From IMG/VR virus record IMGVR_UViG_3300028833_000080: 64,000 bases of DNA. One strand, 5' to 3'. Shown one piece after another: positions 57,979-64,000 of the stretch; position 1 is the first letter of the stretch; the number at the start of each line of letters is the position of its first letter. Under the pieces are notes generated by a model. That model was not told the DNA's origin and made no database searches. It saw only the letters and a list, made by a program, of their open reading frames with translations. The translations under genes were made by a program, and so were the position numbers. The DNA is from an uncultured virus (IMG/VR IMGVR_UViG_3300028833_000080) (Duplodnaviria; Heunggongvirae; Uroviricota; Caudoviricetes).

Positions 57979-58341
57979 ATGAGTAAAAAAGAAATTTTTA
58001 TTAATGAAGTATTAGCTTTAACTGGAGATGCACCTGAAAAAGTTTTCTCTCAGGATGCTCTTGATTATTGGAATGGATTAAATGCAACAGGAGATAAAGA
58101 AAAGCCTGCATTTACTAATAATGGTAAAATAGTTTTAAAATATATTCAGAGCAATAAAGATTTATATAATAATCTTTTTAAAGCAAAAAATATTGGAGAA
58201 GGTCTTGGTATTTCTTCAAGAACTGTGTCTGGTGCATTAAGAAAATTGGTTACAGATGGTTATGTAGAAAAAATAGGTGAAAATCCTGTTATTTATAGCT
58301 TAACTCAAAAGGGCGCAGAGACTAGTCTTGAAGAAGTATAA
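57979..58341 (+). CDS. Winged-helix DNA-binding protein
   Basis: IGEGLGISSRTVSGALRKLVTDGYVEK..YSLT. Confidence 0.75.
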   Translation: MSKKEIFINEVLALTGDAPEKVFSQDALDYWNGLNATGDKEKPAFTNNGKIVLKYIQSNKDLYNNLFKAKNIGEGLGISSRTVSGALRKLVTDGYVEKIGENPVIYSLTQKGAETSLEEV

Positions 58342-58425
58342 TATCTTGACTTTTTTCAAAATTTTTGATATAATATTATTATAGTTTAAAAATAAAAATT
58401 ACAAAAGAAAGAATGAGGACAAAAA

Positions 58426-59376
58426 ATGAGAAAAGCATTAAACAGAATTAAAGTTTGTGGAAGAGTTTATGATCATTCACTTGCAGTAAAAACAGTACAG
58501 AACTCCGCCTCTGATAATTTTGGTAAAGAGTATATTGGTGGAACTCTTGATGTAGCAACTGATGATGATTGCCTTAATATTATTACAGTTAATTTTACAT
58601 TTGTACAGCCTACAACTAAGACTGGTAAGGTAAATTCTACTTATTCTGCTTTAAAGAATATTATTGATAATGGTAAGACTATTCTTGCTGATGGTAAGGA
58701 TTCTGCTATGATGGTAAAGGTTGATACCGCGCTTGCTCTTAATGATTTCTATACAAATAGGAATGGTGAAGAAACTCTTGTTTCAGCAAAGAGATGCAAT
58801 GGTGGGTTTGTAACTATTGTTTCTTCTCTTGATGATGAGCGTAATAAATTTGAAATGGATATGCTTATTAATGGAGTAAAACACGTTGAAGCAGATGAAG
58901 AAAGACATATTGAAAAAGATTATGTAGTTCTTAAGGGCGCTGTATTTGCATTTAATAATGCAATTCTTCCTGTTGAATTTATTGTTAAATCTGAAGGTGG
59001 TATGAAATATTTTGAATCTCTTGATGTATCTCCTCAGAATCTTGTATTTACAAAGGTTTGGGGTAATATCAATAGCCAGACAATCGTAACTCGTACAGAA
59101 GAAGAGTCCGCTTTTGGTGAGCCTGCAGTAAAAGAGTATACAAGAACTATTCGTGAATGGGTCATTACTGGAACATCAAAGCCCGATGCTGTTTATGAAA
59201 TTGGCGATAGTGAAAATGGTATTACTCTCGATGAAGTAAAGAAGGCTATGGCTGATAGAGAAGTTTATCTTGCTGATGTAAAGAAGAGACAGGATGAATA
59301 TCAGGCAAGTAAGAATGCGGGAAGTGCTTCTAGTGTAGCTTCTGCACCCGCTGCAGCTGGTGGATTTAATTTCTAA
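58426..59376 (+). CDS. Putative single-stranded DNA-binding protein
   Basis: Position before the ATPase/helicase/primase genes; beta-rich; flexible tail ending in F. Confidence 0.5.
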   Translation: MRKALNRIKVCGRVYDHSLAVKTVQNSASDNFGKEYIGGTLDVATDDDCLNIITVNFTFVQPTTKTGKVNSTYSALKNIIDNGKTILADGKDSAMMVKVDTALALNDFYTNRNGEETLVSAKRCNGGFVTIVSSLDDERNKFEMDMLINGVKHVEADEERHIEKDYVVLKGAVFAFNNAILPVEFIVKSEGGMKYFESLDVSPQNLVFTKVWGNINSQTIVTRTEEESAFGEPAVKEYTRTIREWVITGTSKPDAVYEIGDSENGITLDEVKKAMADREVYLADVKKRQDEYQASKNAGSASSVASAPAAAGGFNF

Positions 59377-59513
59377 TTAATTTAAATAAATAGCATAGAG
59401 GGGTTTTCTCCTCTATGTTTTAAATTAATAAAGAATTAGTTTAGTGGGGCGATTTTGATCGCAATCAAGATTTTAAAATTAGTTTAGAATTTTTTAAAAG
59501 GAGATTTAGTATA

Positions 59514-60545
59514 ATGGGTTCAATAGATATTTTTAGTGTAGCTCCTCACCAGGTTAGCCGAGATATGAGAGGATATTCAGTATTCCTTTATGGAGGATGG
59601 AAAACTGGTAAAACTACCACTGCAGTTAAGTTCCCTAAGCATTTTCTTTTAGCTTTTGAAAAGGGTTATTCTGCTATTCCTGGAGCAATGGCTCAGCCTA
59701 TTAATAGCTGGTCTGAATTTAAACAGGTTCTTCGTCAGTTAAAAGAAGAAAAAGCTAAACAGATGTTTGAAACAATTATTATAGATACCGCAGACATTGC
59801 TTATGATTATTGTAGTAAGTATATCTGTGCAAATAATAATGCTGATACTATTTCTGATATTGGATATGGTAAAGGCTATGGGCTTGTAGAGAAAGAATTT
59901 GATGAAAGTCTTCGTCAGATTGTCCAGATGGGATATGGTCTTGTAGTTATTTCTCATGAAACAGATAAAACTTTTACAGATGAAAGTGGAAAACAGTATA
60001 ATAAAATTGTTCCTACACTTGACAAAAGAGCAAATAATGTTTTAGCTAGAATGTGTGATATTATTGGGTATACTCGTTCAGTAACAGATGAATCTGGTAA
60101 TGAAAAAGTAGTTATGTTTATGCGAGGGACTTCCCGCTATGAAGCTGGCTCCCGCTTTAAGTATACTCCTGATTATATCGACTTAAGTTATGATAATCTT
60201 GTAAAAGCTATTGGGGATGCTCTTGATAAACAAATGGCAGAAGATGGGGCAGAGCTTTTTACAGATAAAAGAGAAAATGTACATCTTGATACAACTTCTA
60301 GTCTTGATTTTGATACTTTAATGCAGGAATTTAATGATATTGTAGCAAATATTCCTGGATCTAGCGATATGACCGCAGAAACAGAAGATGGTCAGAAATT
60401 TAAAGAATATTGGCAGCCTAGAATTTCTCAAATTATTGAAAGTTATTTAGGCAAAGGGCACCGCATGAAAGATGCTACAAGAGACCAAGTAGAAGCTGTA
60501 AGTTTAGTAGTTACTGATTTACAGGATTTAATTAAAAATAAGTAA
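59514..60545 (+). CDS. AAA_24/Sak4-like P-loop ATPase
   Basis: YGGWKTGKTT, IIIDT, YGKGY, VISH. Confidence 0.8.
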   Translation: MGSIDIFSVAPHQVSRDMRGYSVFLYGGWKTGKTTTAVKFPKHFLLAFEKGYSAIPGAMAQPINSWSEFKQVLRQLKEEKAKQMFETIIIDTADIAYDYCSKYICANNNADTISDIGYGKGYGLVEKEFDESLRQIVQMGYGLVVISHETDKTFTDESGKQYNKIVPTLDKRANNVLARMCDIIGYTRSVTDESGNEKVVMFMRGTSRYEAGSRFKYTPDYIDLSYDNLVKAIGDALDKQMAEDGAELFTDKRENVHLDTTSSLDFDTLMQEFNDIVANIPGSSDMTAETEDGQKFKEYWQPRISQIIESYLGKGHRMKDATRDQVEAVSLVVTDLQDLIKNK

Positions 60546-60647
60546 ATAAAATTTTCATAGAGCGGAAGGTGCTATACATCTTCCGCTTGACTTTTATTAA
60601 AAAATATGTTATAATTATTATATATGAAAAGAAAGGATTGATAAGAA

Positions 60648-61172
60648 ATGGCTCATCTAGTCATATGTACAAAATGCGGGAAACAATTTAATCGAGACAA
60701 GATTCAAGCAGTAAGAACCGGCGCCCGCAGATATGCACATGCTATATGCGATCCAAACAATACTGATTTTGTTCCATTAGTAGATGAAAAACAGGAAGAT
60801 AAAGATTTAATTAAACTAAATGATTATATTAATAAATTATTTGGCAAATCTGCTAATTGGGCACAAATAAAACGTCAACTTAAAATATATACAACTGAAA
60901 ATCATTATTCTTACTCTGGAATAATGAAAAGTTTAATTTACTTTTTTGAAGTAAAAGGTAATTCCATAGATAAAGCAAATGGAGCTTTAGGTATTGTTCC
61001 TTTTGTTTATCAAGATGCTTTTAATTATTATTATAGTTTATTTATAGCTCAATCACAGAATGAAAATAAAGATATTCAAAATTTTGTAACAAAGGTAAAA
61101 GAGGTTGTTATTCCGCCTCCAGAAATTAAAATACCTAAAAGATTATTTAATTTAGATGATGAGGTAGAGTAA
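60648..61172 (+). CDS. Conserved replication-module protein with an N-terminal Zn finger
   Basis: CTKC..H..C; LGIVPFVY; precedes the helicase. Confidence 0.55.
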   Translation: MAHLVICTKCGKQFNRDKIQAVRTGARRYAHAICDPNNTDFVPLVDEKQEDKDLIKLNDYINKLFGKSANWAQIKRQLKIYTTENHYSYSGIMKSLIYFFEVKGNSIDKANGALGIVPFVYQDAFNYYYSLFIAQSQNENKDIQNFVTKVKEVVIPPPEIKIPKRLFNLDDEVE

Positions 61173-62707
61173 TGACAAGTAAGTATGTAGATATTGCATC
61201 TTTAACAAATACAATAGGAAATGTATATAATAATCCTAATTTATTAGATGCAACTGATAAATATTTTTTTAATGAAAATGATTTTGTAGATGATTTTCAT
61301 AAAACTGTTTTTGGTGCAATTTTTAATTTACATCAATTAGGTGCATCAGAAATTAATTTAAATGCAATAGAGGACTATCTCGCTTCCCGCCCAAAGAAAA
61401 AGGCACTATATGATAGTAATAAAGGTGGAGAATATATTTTAAAATGCGCGGAAACCGCATCATTATCTACTTTTGAATATTATTATAATAGAATGAAAAA
61501 AATGTCTTTGCTTAGAGCATATCAAGAAACGGCGGGAATGGATTTATCATGGATTTATGACCCAGATAATATTTTTGATAGTAAGAAAAAACAAGAACAA
61601 GAGGAATGGTTAGACAATTCTTCTCTTGTAGAAATTGCAAATTTAATTGATGATAAAATCATTGAAATTAAAGCTCAATGTATAGATAATAGTTTAATTT
61701 GTGGAACTCAGGCTGGAGAGGGAGTTGAAGAGCTCCTAGAATCATTAAAAGAAACTCCAGAAATTGGGTACCCTCTTTTTGGAAAATATATGAATACAGT
61801 TACTCGCGGAGCTAGACTTAAGAAATTTTATATTCGTTCTGCAGCTACTGGTGTTGGTAAATCTCGTGCAATTGCAGCAGATGTATGTTATATAGGCTGT
61901 TTTCAAATGTATGATTTAGAAACTAATAAATGGATTAGTATTGGTAAATCAGAACCTGTTATGTATATTGCTACAGAGCAAGATTTAAGTGAAGTTCAAA
62001 CTATGATGATTGCATTTATTTCTGGAGTAGATGAGCAACATATTCTTGATGGAGAATATTTTTCGGGGGAATGGGAGAGAGTTCAAAAAGCAGCTCAAAT
62101 TTTAAAACAAAGTCCAATTTATTTTGAATCATTACCTGATTTTTCTTTAAAGGATATTGAGAATACAATTATTAGAGGAATTCGTGAACATGGATTAAAA
62201 TACATTTTTCTTGATTATATTCATACATCAATGAAAATTCTTGAAGAAATAACGAAAAGGAGCGGCGGAGTTAGGCTTAGAGAAGATAATATTCTTTTTA
62301 TGATGTCTATTAGACTTAAAGATTTATGTAATCAATATGGAATTTTTATTATGTCTGCAACACAATTAAATGCTGATTATACAGAATCAGAAACTCCAGA
62401 TCAAAATCTTTTAAGAGGAGCAAAAAGTATTGCTGATAAAATAGATTTAGGTATGATTATGCTAGAAACAACCAATAAAGACAAAGAGGCCCTTGCTCCA
62501 ATGGTAAAAAAACTTGGAATAGAAATGCCTGATATAAAAATTTCTGTTTATAAAAATAGGCGAGGTAGATGGAAAAATATTTATCTTTGGGCTAAAGCAA
62601 ACAGAGGAATTTGTAGAATAGAGCCTCAATTTGTAACAAAATGGAATTATGAACTTATAGACATGGAAGATTTAAAAATACGAATTCAAGATGCTTCAGC
62701 ATTTTAA
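61172..62707 (+). CDS. DnaB-like replicative helicase
   Basis: SAATGVGKS, IATE, FLDYI, SATQLN, YKNRRG. Confidence 0.88.
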   Translation: MTSKYVDIASLTNTIGNVYNNPNLLDATDKYFFNENDFVDDFHKTVFGAIFNLHQLGASEINLNAIEDYLASRPKKKALYDSNKGGEYILKCAETASLSTFEYYYNRMKKMSLLRAYQETAGMDLSWIYDPDNIFDSKKKQEQEEWLDNSSLVEIANLIDDKIIEIKAQCIDNSLICGTQAGEGVEELLESLKETPEIGYPLFGKYMNTVTRGARLKKFYIRSAATGVGKSRAIAADVCYIGCFQMYDLETNKWISIGKSEPVMYIATEQDLSEVQTMMIAFISGVDEQHILDGEYFSGEWERVQKAAQILKQSPIYFESLPDFSLKDIENTIIRGIREHGLKYIFLDYIHTSMKILEEITKRSGGVRLREDNILFMMSIRLKDLCNQYGIFIMSATQLNADYTESETPDQNLLRGAKSIADKIDLGMIMLETTNKDKEALAPMVKKLGIEMPDIKISVYKNRRGRWKNIYLWAKANRGICRIEPQFVTKWNYELIDMEDLKIRIQDASAF

Positions 62708-62728
62708 TAACAAGGAGTTTTATTATAA

Positions 62729-63853
62729 ATGGAATATTCTTATAACAAAGATGAAATTAAAGAAAATTTATCTTTGGATGATATAGAATTAATTTTAACT
62801 GAATTTAATGCAGAACCCATTCGTAAAAATGGGATTATTGTAGCTCAAACAATATGCCATAATCATGCAGGAGAGGGCTCACATAAGTTATATTATTATC
62901 AAAATACTGGATTATTCCATTGCTATACTGGATGTGCAGAGCCTACATTTGATATTTTTGAACTTACTCGCAAGGTAATGAGTAGAGAACATCCTAAACC
63001 CCGCGAAGATAGTGAATGGAATCTTCCAGAAGCAATAGATTACATAGCTAGAAAATTTGGTTATTCACCAAATGCTATTGTTGAAGAAAATGAGCTATCT
63101 ATTAAAGAGGACTTGACTTTATTTAAAAATTATGATAGAATAAAAAATATAGATATAGAAACACAAAAAATTGAATTAAAAGAATATGAAGGATATTTTT
63201 TAAAAAATCTTCCTCATCCTAGATTAATAGGGTGGGAACAAGAAGGAATTAAAAAAGAAATAATGGATTCTCATAATATTTGTTATAATCCTAAAAGTCA
63301 AGGAATAGTTATTCCACATTATGATATTAATGGTCGATTAATAGGAATTAGAGAAAGAACCTTAATACAAGAGCAGGCTGAAAATTATGGTAAATATATG
63401 CCAGCTAGAATAAGCGGGAAGATGTATAATCATCCTTTGGGATTTAATCTTTATAATTTAAATTGGAGTAAAGATAATATTTCTCGTATGAAAAAAGCTT
63501 TCGTATTTGAATCTGAAAAAAGTTGTCTTAAGTACGCTTCATATTTTGGACAAAATAATGACCTTTCAGTAGCTATTTGCGGAAGTTCATTTATAAATTA
63601 TCAAGCTTGGCTTTTAATTCAATTAGGAGTAGAAGAAATTGTTATTGCTCTTGATAAACAATTTCAACAACCTGGAGATGATGAATTTAATAAATTAATT
63701 AAAAATTTAAAAGGAATACATAAAAGATTTAGTAAGTATACTAAAATAAGTTTTATGTTTGATAAAAGTAATCTTTTAGGTTATAAAGATGCTCCCATAG
63801 ATAGAACCCCAGAGATATTTTTACAATTATTTAAAGAAAGGATATTTTTATAA
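62729..63853 (+). CDS. DNA primase (DnaG-like, phage type)
   Basis: CHN..FHCYTGC Zn finger; VFESEKS, ALDK, KDAPID TOPRIM. Confidence 0.88.
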   Translation: MEYSYNKDEIKENLSLDDIELILTEFNAEPIRKNGIIVAQTICHNHAGEGSHKLYYYQNTGLFHCYTGCAEPTFDIFELTRKVMSREHPKPREDSEWNLPEAIDYIARKFGYSPNAIVEENELSIKEDLTLFKNYDRIKNIDIETQKIELKEYEGYFLKNLPHPRLIGWEQEGIKKEIMDSHNICYNPKSQGIVIPHYDINGRLIGIRERTLIQEQAENYGKYMPARISGKMYNHPLGFNLYNLNWSKDNISRMKKAFVFESEKSCLKYASYFGQNNDLSVAICGSSFINYQAWLLIQLGVEEIVIALDKQFQQPGDDEFNKLIKNLKGIHKRFSKYTKISFMFDKSNLLGYKDAPIDRTPEIFLQLFKERIFL

Positions 63854-64000
63854 TGCTTATTAATATTAATAAAAAACTAGATATTAATGCTCTTAAAGAT
63901 ATTTTAAATAAATCTGATTTAGACAATATACAATATATAGTTATGAATGAACATACTTTACATACCTTAGAAGCAGAGATAGAAATATCTTATGCCCACA

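Noticed and set aside
3489..59957. Numerous short minus-strand and alternate-frame ORFs in the track (e.g. 3489, 5820, 14606, 30813, 38808, 44654, 55177)
   Set aside because: They are shadows of well-supported + strand genes with S/L/F-rich antisense composition
48551..63853. Inteins or introns in gyrase, ligase, helicase or primase
   Set aside because: Protein lengths are ordinary and no intein splice motifs or frame breaks were seen
1..64000. Stop-codon reassignment
   Set aside because: Long genes are intact in code 11, all three stop codons terminate genes, and no clear suppressor tRNA was found

Overview
This 64 kb AT-rich window looks like part of a large lytic dsDNA phage of an anaerobic Firmicutes (Clostridia/Lachnospiraceae-type) host. 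Genes are almost all on the + strand and are driven by dozens of near-identical sigma-A consensus promoters. In order, it contains: (1) 0.2-5.3 kb, small early-type genes separated by a repeated hairpin/back-to-back-promoter element; (2) 6.3-8 kb, the only minus-strand operon (RHH protein, small protein, Rep-like protein carrying 13 palindromic iteron-like repeats next to an AT-only tract), a probable origin; (3) 8-17.5 kb, accessory genes (SprT, kinase-like, U32-like, M28 peptidase); (4) 17.5-22.7 kb, a dense RNA island with tRNAs, several structured non-coding RNAs (a circularly permuted tRNA-like/YrlA-like domain and a ROOL-like pseudoknotted RNA), and two covarying hairpin RNAs directly upstream of a DUF2828/vWA (Ro60/TROVE-like) gene; (5) 23-31 kb, tail-fibre/virion-accessory genes; (6) 31-36 kb, more tRNAs, two aberrant tRNA-like RNAs and a mosaic of small ORFs; (7) a 1038-aa surface protein, RNA-repair enzymes (Rnl2 ligase, Pnk, phosphoesterases), an HPr-like protein, PhoH and holin/endolysin; (8) replication genes (gyrB, gyrA, ligA, ClpP-like, ThyX-like, SSB-like, AAA ATPase, DnaB-like helicase, primase). 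All family calls come from motif recognition by eye; no searches were run.
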